Shown here: positions 54,346-64,000 of the stretch, piece by piece
How positions within the stretch are numbered: the first letter of the stretch is position 1
How the letters are laid out: each line of letters opens with the position of its first letter
DNA from: an uncultured Acidimicrobiales bacterium
GTDB lineage: Bacteria > Actinomycetota > Acidimicrobiia > Acidimicrobiales > CADCTF01
Length of the DNA: 64,000 nt
Direction of reading: 5' to 3'
Assembly (NCBI GenBank): GCA_902805655.1
Contig: CADCTF010000053.1
Span: 5,664 to 69,663, forward strand
Program-made: the position numbers and the translations under genes
Notes under the pieces: model-generated
The model's database searches: none
Seen by the model: the letters and a program-made list of their open reading frames with translations, nothing else
What the model was told of the DNA's origin: nothing

Positions 54346-54540
54346 ATGGCGTCGGTATGCGAGGTGTGCGGGAAGCACCCCTCATTCGGTATGAGCATCA
54401 GCCACAGCCATCGGCGCACCAAGCGTCGCTGGAACCCGAACATCCAGCGGGTGCGGGCGATCGTGGGTGGCAGCCCCAAGCGCCTCAACGCCTGCACGTC
54501 CTGCATCCGGGCAGGCAAGGTCACCAAGCGCGTCAGCTAG
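54346..54540 (+). CDS. rpmB: 50S ribosomal protein L28
   Basis: 64 aa: MASVCEVCGKHPSFGMSISHSHRRTKRRWNPNIQRV... It forms the 3' end of a long antisense-derived ORF in the track. Confidence 0.9.
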   Translation: MASVCEVCGKHPSFGMSISHSHRRTKRRWNPNIQRVRAIVGGSPKRLNACTSCIRAGKVTKRVS

Positions 54541-54591
54541 TCCCCTCGCGGCACCGGGCCTGACGGCCTACGCGGACGCTGCGGACGCGCC

Positions 54592-55308
54592 ATGCTGGAC
54601 GGCGTGACCGACCTCGTCACCGGAGCCGAGCAGAACGCCCTCGACATCAGGGTCGCTTCGGATGTCGCCGTCGAGCGCATCCACCTGGACGACACCTCGT
54701 GGGTCGACGTGGCCCGCGGCTGGTTGACCGGCGCCGAGGACCTCTTCGAGGCGCTGCGCGCCGGTGTGTCCTGGAACCAGAACCGCCTCTTCCGGTACGA
54801 CCACTGGGTCGAAGAGCGGCGGCTGGGCTCCTACTGGCGCCCAGGCACACCGCTGCCGCACCCGGCGCTGGCCGACGTCCACCGCAGCCTGCAGCGCCGG
54901 TATCGCGTGCGCTTCGGCGGCTTCGGACTCATCCAGTACCGGGACGGCACCGACGGGCAGGCGTTCCACCGGGACACCGACATGCGCTGGCTCGACGACA
55001 CGGTGATCGCGATCCTGACGCTGGGCGCCCAGCGCCCGTGGCTGCTCCGGCCCCGCACCAACCGGCACACCTTGTCGGACCCCGCCCGGAAGGGCGCCAC
55101 GCACGACCTCGCGCCGTGCTCCGGCGACCTCATCGTGATGGGCGGCCGCAGCCAGGCCGACTGGGAGCACTCGGTGCCCTACCTCGGCCGGGCGCCAGTG
55201 GGCACCCGGATCTCCCTCCAGTGGCGTCACGCCTCACCTACCGGCCGCCCGTTCGTGGGCGCCTCGTACGGTGCTCCGCGCACCTACAAGCGAGGCCCGG
55301 CGCGCTAG
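54592..55308 (+). CDS. AlkB-like Fe(II)/2-oxoglutarate-dependent dioxygenase
   Basis: 238 aa with HRDTD (HxD), WEHSVP (distal His) and RISLQWR (2OG-binding Arg) in the expected order. Confidence 0.7.
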   Translation: MLDGVTDLVTGAEQNALDIRVASDVAVERIHLDDTSWVDVARGWLTGAEDLFEALRAGVSWNQNRLFRYDHWVEERRLGSYWRPGTPLPHPALADVHRSLQRRYRVRFGGFGLIQYRDGTDGQAFHRDTDMRWLDDTVIAILTLGAQRPWLLRPRTNRHTLSDPARKGATHDLAPCSGDLIVMGGRSQADWEHSVPYLGRAPVGTRISLQWRHASPTGRPFVGASYGAPRTYKRGPAR

Positions 55309-56138
55309 CTGCGGGAGCGGGTCGACATGGCCGCGGTGCCGTCGGCGGACAGGGTGCCGCCGGGATTGACCGGGCCGACTCCCCCACCGAGGTCGAGGCC
55401 GGCGGCGATGGCCCGCCTCACGAACCGCTTGGCCGACGCGCAGGCCTCGGCCGGGTCGGCCCCCCGTGCCAGCCCGGAGGCGATGGCCGCGGCGAGGACG
55501 CACCCCGTGCCGTGCGTGTGGCGACCCTCGATGCGGGTGGCATCGAGCCAGACGGGATCGCCACCGGCGCTCAGCAGGCAGTCCGGTGACTCGTCCCCCT
55601 CGAGGTGGCCGCCCTTGATGAGGACGACCTGCACCCCCATGCCGAGCAGCTCCCGACCGGCCTCGACCATTCCTCGCCGGTCGGTCACCTCCCCACCGAC
55701 CAGGCCGCCGGCCTCGGGCAGGTTGGGCGTGACGACGGTGGCCAACGGCAGGAGCTCGGCTCGGAGCGCACCGATCGCGTCGTCGGCCAGCAGCGTGTCG
55801 CCGTGCTTGGAGATGAACACCGGGTCGACCACCAGGTTGCGCACCCCGAAGTCGCGCACTGCCGCGGCCACCGCGCCGACGAGCGCGGCGGAGGCGAGCA
55901 TGCCGGTCTTGGCCGCGTCGACACCGATGTCGGTGGCCACGCTCTCGATCTGACTGCGCACCAGCTCAGGCGAGATCGTGTCGAACGCCTGCACGCCGAG
56001 CGTGTTCTGCGCGGTGACGGCCACGATGGCCGCGGTGCCCCATACGCCGTGGGCCTCGAACGTCTTGAGGTCGGCCACGATGCCGGCGCCCCCGCCCGAG
56101 TCGGAGCCGGCGATGGTGAGTGCGACGGGCGGCTTCAT
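55305..56138 (-). CDS. thiD: Hydroxymethylpyrimidine/phosphomethylpyrimidine kinase
   Basis: Start at ATG 56138, overlapping the thiL TGA (ATGA). [27 protein letters not shown]...[14 protein letters not shown]. Confidence 0.9.
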   Translation of the reverse strand: MKPPVALTIAGSDSGGGAGIVADLKTFEAHGVWGTAAIVAVTAQNTLGVQAFDTISPELVRSQIESVATDIGVDAAKTGMLASAALVGAVAAAVRDFGVRNLVVDPVFISKHGDTLLADDAIGALRAELLPLATVVTPNLPEAGGLVGGEVTDRRGMVEAGRELLGMGVQVVLIKGGHLEGDESPDCLLSAGGDPVWLDATRIEGRHTHGTGCVLAAAIASGLARGADPAEACASAKRFVRRAIAAGLDLGGGVGPVNPGGTLSADGTAAMSTRSRS

Positions 56139-56953
56139 GTGAAGTGATGCTGCCAGCCGCCGACGCCAACCGGGCGCTCCGCCGGGTCGCCGGTGATGGT
56201 TCCGACCCTCATGGCTCCTGGCGGTGCGACGGCGGCCGGGGGCAGGGTGAAGATCAGCTCGTAGTCGTCGCCGCCGCCGAGCGCCTGCTCCTGCGTGGCG
56301 CCCGGTGCCGCTGGCACCCGGTCGAGCCGGACGCCCACGCCTGAGGCATCGAGCACGTGGCCGAGGTCGGCGAGGAACCCGTCCGACACGTCGATCATCG
56401 CCGTCGCGCCCGCCCGCCGGGCTGCGATGCCTTCGGCTACGCGGGCCTTTGGATGCCACGCCGCTTGCAGCCGGTACTCCGCAGCGGCGGCGGCGCCGAG
56501 CCGGCCGGTGACGAACACGCCGTCGCCCGGCCGAGCGCCTGAGCGCAGCACCGGCGCACCTCCCTCCACCACGCCCGTGATGGCCACGGAGACGACGAGC
56601 GGGCCAGTGGTGCCCGACAGATCTCCGCCGGCGATCTCGCAACCGTGCACGCGGGCGCCGTCGGCCGCGCCGTCGATCAGCCCGAGAAGGTCGGTGCCCG
56701 GAGGAGCGACGATCGTCAGGAGCACATGGAGCGGCCGGCCGCCCATGGCTGCGACGTCGCTCGCGTTCACCAGCACAGCCCGGTAGCCGATGTCGGCCAC
56801 CGGGCAGCCGGGGACGAAGTCGACGCCCTCGACGACGGCGTCCGCCGCGAGCACCAGGTGCCCGTCGGGCACCTGTACGACCGCCGAGTCGTCGCCCACG
56901 AGAGGGAAGCGGGCCCGCAGATGCTCGATGACATCGAATTCGCCGGTGCCCAC
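56135..56953 (-). CDS. thiL: Thiamine-monophosphate kinase
   Basis: 272 aa with [37 protein letters not shown] and [10 protein letters not shown] motifs. Confidence 0.9.
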   Translation of the reverse strand: MGTGEFDVIEHLRARFPLVGDDSAVVQVPDGHLVLAADAVVEGVDFVPGCPVADIGYRAVLVNASDVAAMGGRPLHVLLTIVAPPGTDLLGLIDGAADGARVHGCEIAGGDLSGTTGPLVVSVAITGVVEGGAPVLRSGARPGDGVFVTGRLGAAAAAEYRLQAAWHPKARVAEGIAARRAGATAMIDVSDGFLADLGHVLDASGVGVRLDRVPAAPGATQEQALGGGDDYELIFTLPPAAVAPPGAMRVGTITGDPAERPVGVGGWQHHFT

Positions 56954-57005
56954 GGACCGAGCCTAAGTTGCCGCGCACATCCCCAGTGGGCGTCAGGAGC
57001 GATCG

Positions 57006-57245
57006 ATGCAGGGTGTCATCAAGTCATACGACCCGGCCACGGGCGAGGGGTTGATCGTTCGCGACACCGACCGCTCCGAGTACGACCTCGCACCCGATGC
57101 CCTCGTCGGATCGATCTTCCGGATGCTGCGCCAAGGCCAGCGCGTCGTGTTCGACGTGACCGAGAAGGGGCTGGCGACCCGGCTGCGCCTCGGCTCGGAG
57201 GCCGACATGGGCACGCCGCGCACGCCCCCCGGAGAGTCGGGCTGA
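57006..57245 (+). CDS. Small cold-shock-domain-like OB-fold protein
   Basis: 79 aa. MQGVIKSYDPATGEGLIVRDTDRSEYDLA...RQGQRVVFDV resembles divergent CSD proteins. Weak call. Confidence 0.45.
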   Translation: MQGVIKSYDPATGEGLIVRDTDRSEYDLAPDALVGSIFRMLRQGQRVVFDVTEKGLATRLRLGSEADMGTPRTPPGESG

Positions 57246-57328
57246 TTGGTCGCAGTACGGCGGCGCTGCTTATCCTCAGCGGGGTAGGACTTGCGGATGC
57301 ACGTTGTTTCGTCAAAGGAGACGGATAA

Positions 57329-59131
57329 GTGAGCGAGGCCCCGACCAGGAACCAGAAGCTGCTGCAGTGGGTCGACGAGGTCGCCGCCCTCACGCAGCCG
57401 GATCGAGTCGAGTGGTGTGACGGCTCGGCAGAGGAGTACGACCGGCTGGCTCAGCTGCTGGTGGACAACGGCACGTTCGAGAAGCTGTCCGAGGCCAAGC
57501 GGCCCAACAGCTACCTCGCGCTGTCCGACCCGGGAGATGTGGCCCGCGTCGAGGACCGCACCTACATCTGCTCCGAGAACGAGAGCGATGCCGGACCCAC
57601 GAACAACTGGCGTGATCCGGCGGAGATGAAGGGCGTGCTCACCGACCTCTTCCGTGGGTCGATGCGAGGCCGCACGATGTACGTGATCCCCTTCTCGATG
57701 GGGCCGCTGGGATCCGACAAGAGCCACATCGGCATCGAGCTGACCGACTCGCCCTACGTGGTGGTCAACATGCGGATCATGACCCGCATGGGCAAGGGCG
57801 CACTCGAGGTCCTCGGCGACGACGGTGACTTCGTTCCGTGCCTCCACTCGGTCGGCCACCCGCTCGCCGACGGCAAGGCCGACGTGCCGTGGCCGTGCGA
57901 CGCCGACAACAAGTACATCGTCCACTTCCCCGAGACCCGGGAGATCTGGTCGTACGGATCGGGCTACGGCGGCAACGCCCTGCTCGGCAAGAAGTGCTTC
58001 GCCCTGCGCATCGCCTCGGTGATGGCCCGGGACGACGGTTGGCTGGCCGAGCACATGCTCATCCTCAAGCTGACCTCGCCCCAGGGCGACACCAAGTACC
58101 TCACCGGCGCCTTCCCCTCCGCCTGCGGCAAGACGAACCTGGCCATGCTCGTGCCGACCCTGCCGGACTGGAAGGTCGAGACGGTCGGCGACGACATCTG
58201 CTGGATGAAGCTCGGCGAGGACGGTCGCCTCTGGGCCATCAACCCCGAGGCCGGCTTCTTCGGCGTCGCACCGGGCACGTCGATCAAGACCAACCCCAAC
58301 GCGATCCTCACCCTCGACGCCAACTGCATCTACACCAACTGCGCCAAGACCGACGACGGCGACATCTGGTGGGAGGGCATGACCGACGAGAAGCCGGCCC
58401 ACCTGATCGACTGGAAGGGCAACGACTGGACGCCGGAGTCGGGCACCCCGGCCGCGCACCCGAACGCTCGCTTCACGGCGCCGGCGTCGCAGGACCCGGC
58501 CATCGCCGACGAGTGGCAGGACCCTGCCGGCGTGCCCATCTCGGCCATCCTCTTCGGCGGTCGGCGGTCATCCGTCGTGCCGTTGATCACCGAGTCGTAC
58601 TCCTGGGAGCACGGCGTCTTCCTCGGCTCGATCATGGCTTCGGAGACCACCGCGGCCGCCGCCGGAGCGGTCGGCAAGCTGCGCCGTGACCCCTTCGCCA
58701 TGCTGCCGTTCTGCGGCTACCACATGGGCGACTATCTGGCCCACTGGCTCGAGGTGGGCGAGGCCACCGAGGCGTCGAAGCTGCCCAAGATCTTCTACGT
58801 CAACTGGTTCCTCAAGGACGAGGACGGCAAGTTCATCTGGCCGGGCTTCGGCGAGAACAGCCGAGTGCTCGAGTGGGTCTTCCAGCGCTGCGACGGGGAG
58901 GGCGGGGCGGTCGAGACGCCCATCGGCCTGCTGCCGACCCGGGAGGCCCTGCCGACCGAGGGGCTTGACGTGCCGGATGAGGCGTGGGACCGCTTGCTCA
59001 GGGTGGACCTCGACGAGTGGCGGGCCGAGGTCCCGTCCATCGAGGAGAGCTTCGCCGAGCTGGGCGACAAGTGCCCAGACGAGCTCCGCACCCAGCTGAG
59101 CGCGCTCGAGAAGCGACTCACCGAGGCCTGA
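57329..59131 (+). CDS. pckG: Phosphoenolpyruvate carboxykinase (GTP)
   Basis: 600 aa with [31 protein letters not shown] (kinase-1a) and the [16 protein letters not shown] signature. Confidence 0.95.
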   Translation: MSEAPTRNQKLLQWVDEVAALTQPDRVEWCDGSAEEYDRLAQLLVDNGTFEKLSEAKRPNSYLALSDPGDVARVEDRTYICSENESDAGPTNNWRDPAEMKGVLTDLFRGSMRGRTMYVIPFSMGPLGSDKSHIGIELTDSPYVVVNMRIMTRMGKGALEVLGDDGDFVPCLHSVGHPLADGKADVPWPCDADNKYIVHFPETREIWSYGSGYGGNALLGKKCFALRIASVMARDDGWLAEHMLILKLTSPQGDTKYLTGAFPSACGKTNLAMLVPTLPDWKVETVGDDICWMKLGEDGRLWAINPEAGFFGVAPGTSIKTNPNAILTLDANCIYTNCAKTDDGDIWWEGMTDEKPAHLIDWKGNDWTPESGTPAAHPNARFTAPASQDPAIADEWQDPAGVPISAILFGGRRSSVVPLITESYSWEHGVFLGSIMASETTAAAAGAVGKLRRDPFAMLPFCGYHMGDYLAHWLEVGEATEASKLPKIFYVNWFLKDEDGKFIWPGFGENSRVLEWVFQRCDGEGGAVETPIGLLPTREALPTEGLDVPDEAWDRLLRVDLDEWRAEVPSIEESFAELGDKCPDELRTQLSALEKRLTEA

Positions 59132-59138
59132 GCCTCGG
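59121..59138 (+). terminator. 7-bp hairpin (CCGAGGC-CTGA-GCCTCGG) embedding the pckG stop codon
   Basis: Read directly. The loop contains TGA 59129-59131. Confidence 0.3.
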
Positions 59139-59149
59139 AGCCGCGGGCA

Positions 59150-59188
59150 CTACCGGTGGGGCGTGAGCACGCTCCGCTTCACCGGTAG
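59150..59188. terminator. 9-bp inverted repeat (CTACCGGTG-N21-CACCGGTAG) between convergent pckG and the GGDEF-EAL gene
   Basis: Read directly. The right arm covers the TGA of the minus-strand gene. An inner GCGT-GAGC-ACGC mini-hairpin is present. Confidence 0.35.
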
Positions 59189-62109
59189 GCGTCCGCCGTC
59201 AACGCCGTTCGGTCGGGGTGGGGGCTGTCGGCGTAGTTGACCACCGACACCGGGTCGATCGGGGTGCTGAACAGGAAGCCCTGGACGAGGTCGCACTCGT
59301 AGCGGCGCAGCAGCGCGAGCTGGGCGGACGTCTCCACGCCCTCGGCCACCACGCTGAGCCCGAGGTCGTGGGCCATGTTGATGACCGCCTGCACGACCGG
59401 CGCCTGGCCGGTGTGGCCGATGCGCTCGATCAGGGAGCGGTCGATCTTCAACGTGTTGAACGGACCTCCCTGCAACCGGTTGAGCACGGAGCTGCCGGTA
59501 CCGAAGTCGTCGACCGCCAGTCGGACGCCGAGGTCGCGCAGGTGGTGCAGCACCGGGCGGAGCTCGTCCTCGGTCATGACCACCCGATCGGTGACCTCCA
59601 GCTCGATCAGTCGGGGATCGACGCGGGCGGCACTGAGCTCGGCCGCCAGCTCTCGCAGGAAGGAGGGACGCCTGAGGTCGGCGGCGGTGACGTTGACCGC
59701 GACCTGCAAGGGCAGGCCGGCTTCGGCCCACTCGCGGGCATGCCCGAACGCGATCTCCCGGACGTAGCGATCGAGCTGGACGATGACGCCCGACTCCTCG
59801 GCGATGGCCAGGAACTCTCCCGGCGCCAGTCGACCCAGCGATTCGTGATCCCAGCGGATCAACGCCTCGACGCCCTTGACCTTCATGGTCGCCATCTCGA
59901 TCTGGGGCTGGTAGAGCACGACCAGCTCGTGGCGCTCGAGGGCGGAGTGCAGACGGGTCTCCAGGTCGAGACGCTGCTCGCGGTGTGGGGTACGCACGCT
60001 CGGGGCTGAGCAGGAGTTGCCCCCGTCGCCCTTGGCTTCGTACATGGCCGCGTCGGCGCGCTGCAGGAGCGTGTCGTAGTCGCTCCCGTGCAGGGGGGAC
60101 GTCGCCACGCCCACGCTGCCGGAGACGAACAGGTTCCGACCGGCGATCTCGAACGGCGCCCGAAGGGTGTCGACGAGGTCCTGGGCGACCTTGGTGGCCG
60201 CCGGCACGGTCGACGTGTCGGGCAGGAGCACCACGAACTCGTCGCCGCCCATGCGGGCCAACGTGTCGCTGGCCCGCAGGCGCGACCGGAGGCGGAAGGC
60301 GACCTGGCGGATCAGCTCGTCGCCGGCCTGGTGGCCCAGCGTGTCGTTGACGTTCTTGAACCGGTCGAGATCGAGGAAGAGCAGGCTGATGCCGTCGCCG
60401 GCCCGCTCGGCCAGGGTCAGCGCCTGCCGGGCACGATCCTCGAGGAGAGGCCGGTTCGGGAGGCCGGTGAGGGCGTCGTGCAGGGCTTGGTGACGGATCT
60501 GCTGCAGCAGCAGGGCGTTGTCGAGGGCGGTGGCCGTGATGCCCGCCGCTCCCGCCAACCGGGCGAAGCACTGCTCGGCCGACAGAGCCGGGCGGTCGAT
60601 GAACCCGGCACAGACGAGCCCGGCGAAGGCGCCGCGGGCGATCACCGGCACGACGGCGCACTGGGAGATGCGGAACCCGTCGACTGCGAGTGGGACGAGG
60701 GCGGCCGCGTCGGCCGCGTCCAGCATCAACGGAGACAGGTCGTTCATGAACGCGCGGATCTCAGGATGGTCTTCGACGCCCAGCTCGGTACCGACATCGT
60801 CGCCGTCGAGCGGGCCGCCGGTGCGGGCCTGCAATCGAAGTCGATCTGCGGCACCGTCCCACCACCACACGGAGGCGACATCGGCGCCGACCAGCTGAGG
60901 CAGCAGGCCGGTGAGACGCTCGCCCACCTCTTCGGGTGAGGCCGCCTCGGCCACGGCCCGGGCCAGGTTCAGCAACCCGTTCGCCGTGGCCTGGCTGTGC
61001 TCGGCCAGCTGTCGCGTCCACACCGCTTCGAAGGCGGCGGCCGCGTGCTCGGCGAACGCCTCGACCTTGCGTCGGTCTCCAGGGATCGACGAGGTGCCTG
61101 GAGGCTGGATCGCGGTCACCGCCCCGCGCATGCCGCGGGACGAGACCAGGGGCACCGTGAGGGCCGACAGGGCGTGATGACCGACGTTGACGGTGGAAGC
61201 TTGGTCGTGGGCGAGGATCTGGCTGGCCACGCCATCTGCATCGGCAGGACGCACGCCCCGTGAGCGGATGAGCCGCTCGCCGCTCTCGAGCTTCACAGCC
61301 ACCACGATCCGGGCCGCGGTGATGCCTCCGTCCACCCCGTCGAGGATGCCGTCGAGCACCGCAGACAGGTCGGCCGCAGAGGCGAGCTTGCGCCCCACCG
61401 ACTGCATGACCTCGAAGTCGCGCATGAGCTGGTTGAAGTCGACCTCCGACCCCGGAGCCCCGATGACGGGAAGGGCTTCGGTGCCCCAGGACACGCGCAC
61501 CCGACACGTCTCGTGGCCCCGGGCCTGACAGCGCGTCTCCACGCTGACCCCCACGAAGCCGAACAGTGTGGGCACCTGGCCCCAGTGGCCGGCGGTCATC
61601 GAGCAGAAGTAGCCGTTCGACGGGGCGCCGTCGGTGCCGTGGCTCTCGATGACGATGTAGTTGGGGCCCTCCTCCACGCACCTGTGGGTGCGGCCGATCG
61701 AGAGCTTGGTGCTGTAGTCGGCACACAGCCGGAGGGCGTCTGCGGGAGTGGCGCAGGCCTGCTGCATCGCCGTGAGGTAGCCCTGGCTGCGGTGGCGCCG
61801 GAACAGCTCCTCACCGACACGCTGTCCGACGTCGGAGTCGCCGCAGAGCTCGCTGGCCGCGTCGAAGAGCGCAACCGCGTCCAGGTAGCCGCCCCACTTC
61901 CGGGCGTCACGCAGCTCCTCCAGGGGCCGCTCCTCCCCGGCGAGGCCGAGCAGCTCGTCCACGCCGTGGGCTCCGAGCGCCCGCTCGACGTAGTCGATGA
62001 TCGGCGCGATCACGTCGTTGCTGATCTCCCGCAGGGCAGGACGTGGTGGCGCCATGGAAGTGTTGTCGGCGGAACGGGTGCCCGGGCTGACTCCTTTCCT
62101 GCGTGCCAC
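59179..62109 (-). CDS. Cytoplasmic multi-sensor GGDEF-EAL protein (N-terminal ligand-binding domain plus GAF-like repeats)
   Basis: 976 aa with RASD-N5-GGDEF, and an EAL domain with EALIRW, DDFGTGSS and KIDRSL. The N-terminal ~200 aa end in ETRCQARGHETCRVRVSW (V4R/H-NOX-like signature, tentative). The start (GTG 62109 or ATG 62055) is uncertain. Confidence 0.9.
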   Translation of the reverse strand: MARRKGVSPGTRSADNTSMAPPRPALREISNDVIAPIIDYVERALGAHGVDELLGLAGEERPLEELRDARKWGGYLDAVALFDAASELCGDSDVGQRVGEELFRRHRSQGYLTAMQQACATPADALRLCADYSTKLSIGRTHRCVEEGPNYIVIESHGTDGAPSNGYFCSMTAGHWGQVPTLFGFVGVSVETRCQARGHETCRVRVSWGTEALPVIGAPGSEVDFNQLMRDFEVMQSVGRKLASAADLSAVLDGILDGVDGGITAARIVVAVKLESGERLIRSRGVRPADADGVASQILAHDQASTVNVGHHALSALTVPLVSSRGMRGAVTAIQPPGTSSIPGDRRKVEAFAEHAAAAFEAVWTRQLAEHSQATANGLLNLARAVAEAASPEEVGERLTGLLPQLVGADVASVWWWDGAADRLRLQARTGGPLDGDDVGTELGVEDHPEIRAFMNDLSPLMLDAADAAALVPLAVDGFRISQCAVVPVIARGAFAGLVCAGFIDRPALSAEQCFARLAGAAGITATALDNALLLQQIRHQALHDALTGLPNRPLLEDRARQALTLAERAGDGISLLFLDLDRFKNVNDTLGHQAGDELIRQVAFRLRSRLRASDTLARMGGDEFVVLLPDTSTVPAATKVAQDLVDTLRAPFEIAGRNLFVSGSVGVATSPLHGSDYDTLLQRADAAMYEAKGDGGNSCSAPSVRTPHREQRLDLETRLHSALERHELVVLYQPQIEMATMKVKGVEALIRWDHESLGRLAPGEFLAIAEESGVIVQLDRYVREIAFGHAREWAEAGLPLQVAVNVTAADLRRPSFLRELAAELSAARVDPRLIELEVTDRVVMTEDELRPVLHHLRDLGVRLAVDDFGTGSSVLNRLQGGPFNTLKIDRSLIERIGHTGQAPVVQAVINMAHDLGLSVVAEGVETSAQLALLRRYECDLVQGFLFSTPIDPVSVVNYADSPHPDRTALTADAYR

Positions 62110-62138
62110 CCGGATTTACCAGGAGTGACATGGTCAGC

Positions 62139-62504
62139 TCAGAACGGGAGGAAGTACAGGGCCCGGATGGCGAGTCCCATCACGAAGAGCTCGCCCAGGC
62201 CGTAGAGCAGGTGCTGCTGGTGCCGCATCTGCTGCCGGTAGCTGTAGATGATGCCGATGGCAATGATCGCGACGAACCCGTAGAACGTGTGGAACTGCGG
62301 TGCCTCGCGTCCCTGGCCGGCCACCAGGCCGACGCCCAGCCCCGCCTGCACGAACACCGTGACCTGGGCCGCGGCAGTGAACCACCAGAGCCACCGGATG
62401 CGCAGCACGTCGACCCGCCACGCAGCCAGCGCCCACAGTCCGGCCAACCCGTTGGCGATGACGACGACCCAAGCCCATGCGGCATGGAGGTCGGCCAGGC
62501 TCAC
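62139..62504 (-). CDS. Hypothetical four-TM membrane protein
   Basis: 121 aa, Trp-rich and hydrophobic, with high GC3. Tightly packed between the Fe-ADH-like gene and the GGDEF-EAL gene. Confidence 0.5.
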   Translation of the reverse strand: MSLADLHAAWAWVVVIANGLAGLWALAAWRVDVLRIRWLWWFTAAAQVTVFVQAGLGVGLVAGQGREAPQFHTFYGFVAIIAIGIIYSYRQQMRHQQHLLYGLGELFVMGLAIRALYFLPF

Positions 62505-62510
62505 CGGAGC

Positions 62511-63629
62511 TCAGTCGAGATCGGGGTAGGCGGCCTCGAGGATGCCCATGGCGTCCGCCTCGCTGACCGGACGGGGGTTCGATCGCACGCTCGAGTTGCC
62601 TTCCGACATCCGGGCGACGGCCTCCAGATCCTCCTCGACGACGCCGGCGCGCTCCAGCCCCCCCGGGATGCCCACTCGCGCCCGGAGACGGTCGATCGCC
62701 CCGCTCGCGTCCCCGGGGTCGCCCAGCGCTTCACCGATGGCCGTGATCGAAGCCCCGACCGACTCGGCGTTGTAGCGCACCACGTGGGCCAGCAGCAGGG
62801 CGTTGGCCAGACCGTGGGGCATGCCCGTGCGACCGCCGAGCAGCTGGGCCAGACCGTGATGCGCGCCCATCACCGAGTTCTGCAGGCAGCGGCCGGCCAG
62901 GATCGCGCCCTGGAGCATGGCGGTGCGGGCGTCCAGGTCCGTGGGGTCGTCGGAAACCAAGGGAAGGGCCTGGGTGATGGTGCGAATGGCGGCGATGGCC
63001 AGCGCCTCGGCTTCCGGCGTGCGCGCCGCCGAGTACGCGGCCTCGACGCCGTGGGCGAGGGCGTTCATGCCCGTCTGCACACTGACGTCACGCGGGGTGT
63101 CGACGGTGAGCACCGGGTCGTAGATGACCGCCAGCGGTGCGATGGTGGGGCCACCGGCGCCGGTCTTCCTGCGGGTGGACACCTCGGTGACCCCGAAGTG
63201 GGCGGTCAGCTCGGCGCCCGAGTACGTCGTCGGGATGCTGACGTGGGGAAGGCCGGGCCGGTCCAGGTACGAGGCACCTGGCGCGCCCGACTCGTGCTCC
63301 ACGAAGAAGCACACCGCCTTGCCGAGATCCGCGCACGAGCCGCCACCGAAGGAGAGGACGACGTCGACGTCGCGGTCGCGAGCGATCCCCAGGGCCGCTT
63401 GCACGGCAGTGGTGGGTACGTGGGAGCGGACACCGTCGAACGTGGCGGCGAGCGTGCGGCCCAGCTTGGCCACGAGGCGCTCGCCCGCGGGGGACTCGAG
63501 TCGTCCGTTCGTCGTGACCAGCAGCACCCGACGGCCGCCCACCTCCCTGATCACCTCGTCCACCCGATCCACCGACCCAGGACCGAAGTGGATGCGCTGG
63601 GCGGGGCTGGTGTGGGACCACTCGGTCAT
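62511..63629 (-). CDS. Iron-containing alcohol dehydrogenase family protein (maleylacetate-reductase-like)
   Basis: 372 aa with SFGGGSCADLGKAV (GGGS dinucleotide motif) and the His cluster ...NALAHGVEA...HHGLAQLLG... Confidence 0.8.
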   Translation of the reverse strand: MTEWSHTSPAQRIHFGPGSVDRVDEVIREVGGRRVLLVTTNGRLESPAGERLVAKLGRTLAATFDGVRSHVPTTAVQAALGIARDRDVDVVLSFGGGSCADLGKAVCFFVEHESGAPGASYLDRPGLPHVSIPTTYSGAELTAHFGVTEVSTRRKTGAGGPTIAPLAVIYDPVLTVDTPRDVSVQTGMNALAHGVEAAYSAARTPEAEALAIAAIRTITQALPLVSDDPTDLDARTAMLQGAILAGRCLQNSVMGAHHGLAQLLGGRTGMPHGLANALLLAHVVRYNAESVGASITAIGEALGDPGDASGAIDRLRARVGIPGGLERAGVVEEDLEAVARMSEGNSSVRSNPRPVSEADAMGILEAAYPDLD

Positions 63630-63630
63630 G

Positions 63631-64000
63631 TCATCGAACCGCGGTGACGGCCTGGCCGCCCAGCTCCACCACCTGCAGCTGCCCCCCGTCGTTGCGCAGC
63701 TCGGTGACCGAGCAGTTGTCCGGCGAGCACGACACCACCCGGGCGTCGGCCATGGCGTGGCCCACGGCGACGTTGATGGCCACGAAGTGGGACATCACGA
63801 CCGTGTCGGTCTCCAGTGCCAGCAGGGCGTCGACCACGCGGTCACGCCAGCCGAGCAGCTCGGCCGGCTGACCGGTCCACTCGCCACGCATCAGCTCGCG
63901 CAGCCAGGGACCCCGCTCGGCCAGGCCGGGCGACTAGATCTCGCCGACGTCGGGGTCGACGCGCGCCGTCACTCCCCAACGGGCCTCGAGCGGAGCCGCC
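63631..64000 (-). pseudogene. Histidine-phosphatase (PGAM-like) family gene interrupted by in-frame TAG; 5' end outside window
   Basis: The reading frame is continuous from the window edge: ...PLEARWGVTARVDPDVGEI*SPGLAERGPWLRELMRGEWTGQ...VVMSHFVAIN... The stop is TAG at 63936-63934. The track ORF (63631-63891) covers only the tail. Confidence 0.55.

Noticed and set aside
55305-56978. 557-aa ORF extending thiD upstream across thiL.
   Set aside because: The upstream part is an Arg/Gly-rich alternative frame of thiL. ThiD homology begins at [19 protein letters not shown] (ATG 56138).
63934-63936. The in-frame TAG as a recoded (pyrrolysine-type) codon.
   Set aside because: No pyl genes are visible and there is no precedent in this kind of genome. 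A nonsense mutation or sequencing error is far more likely.

Overview
High-GC (about 70% by eye) actinobacterial-type chromosomal segment. It is densely coded, mostly on the minus strand, and many adjacent genes have overlapping stop and start codons (ATGA, GTGA, TTGA). Most of the window is conserved housekeeping synteny: dxr-rseP-ispG; rpsB-tsf-pyrH-frr-cdsA; whiG-dprA-comM; yraN-DUF2469-rplS-trmD-rimM-KH-rpsP-ffh; ftsY; smc-mutM-rnc-acpP; plsX-rpmF-yceD-sepIVA-like-coaD-rsmD; recG-yloV-rpmB; thiL-thiD; pckG. I saw no rRNA, tRNA, CRISPR array, transposase or integrase. Accessory material interrupts this backbone. The largest block (about 13.4-24.6 kb) holds a PRMT-fold methyltransferase, a membrane PAS-GGDEF-EAL protein, a translationally coupled GNAT-like/pyruvoyl-dependent arginine decarboxylase pair and a five-gene membrane MoxR-DUF58-DUF4129 operon. 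A three-gene repeat-protein/Holin-X/DUF3618 module sits between ffh and ftsY, where actinobacteria normally carry amt-glnB/K-glnD. Other points: rnc and an amino-acid permease gene have no canonical start codon upstream of essential motifs, so CTG or ATT initiation is implied; a histidine-phosphatase gene at the right edge has an in-frame TAG; hsp20 has a GGAAT-N18-GTT (SigR/SigH-type) promoter; the rpsB leader is structured; and several perfect hairpins lack U-tracts. I cannot prove that any system here is novel. The arginine-centred gene set (17.5-18.7 kb plus 13.4-14.3 kb) and the membrane triad at 29.1-31.2 kb are my best candidates. All functional calls rest on motif recognition by eye, not database searches.
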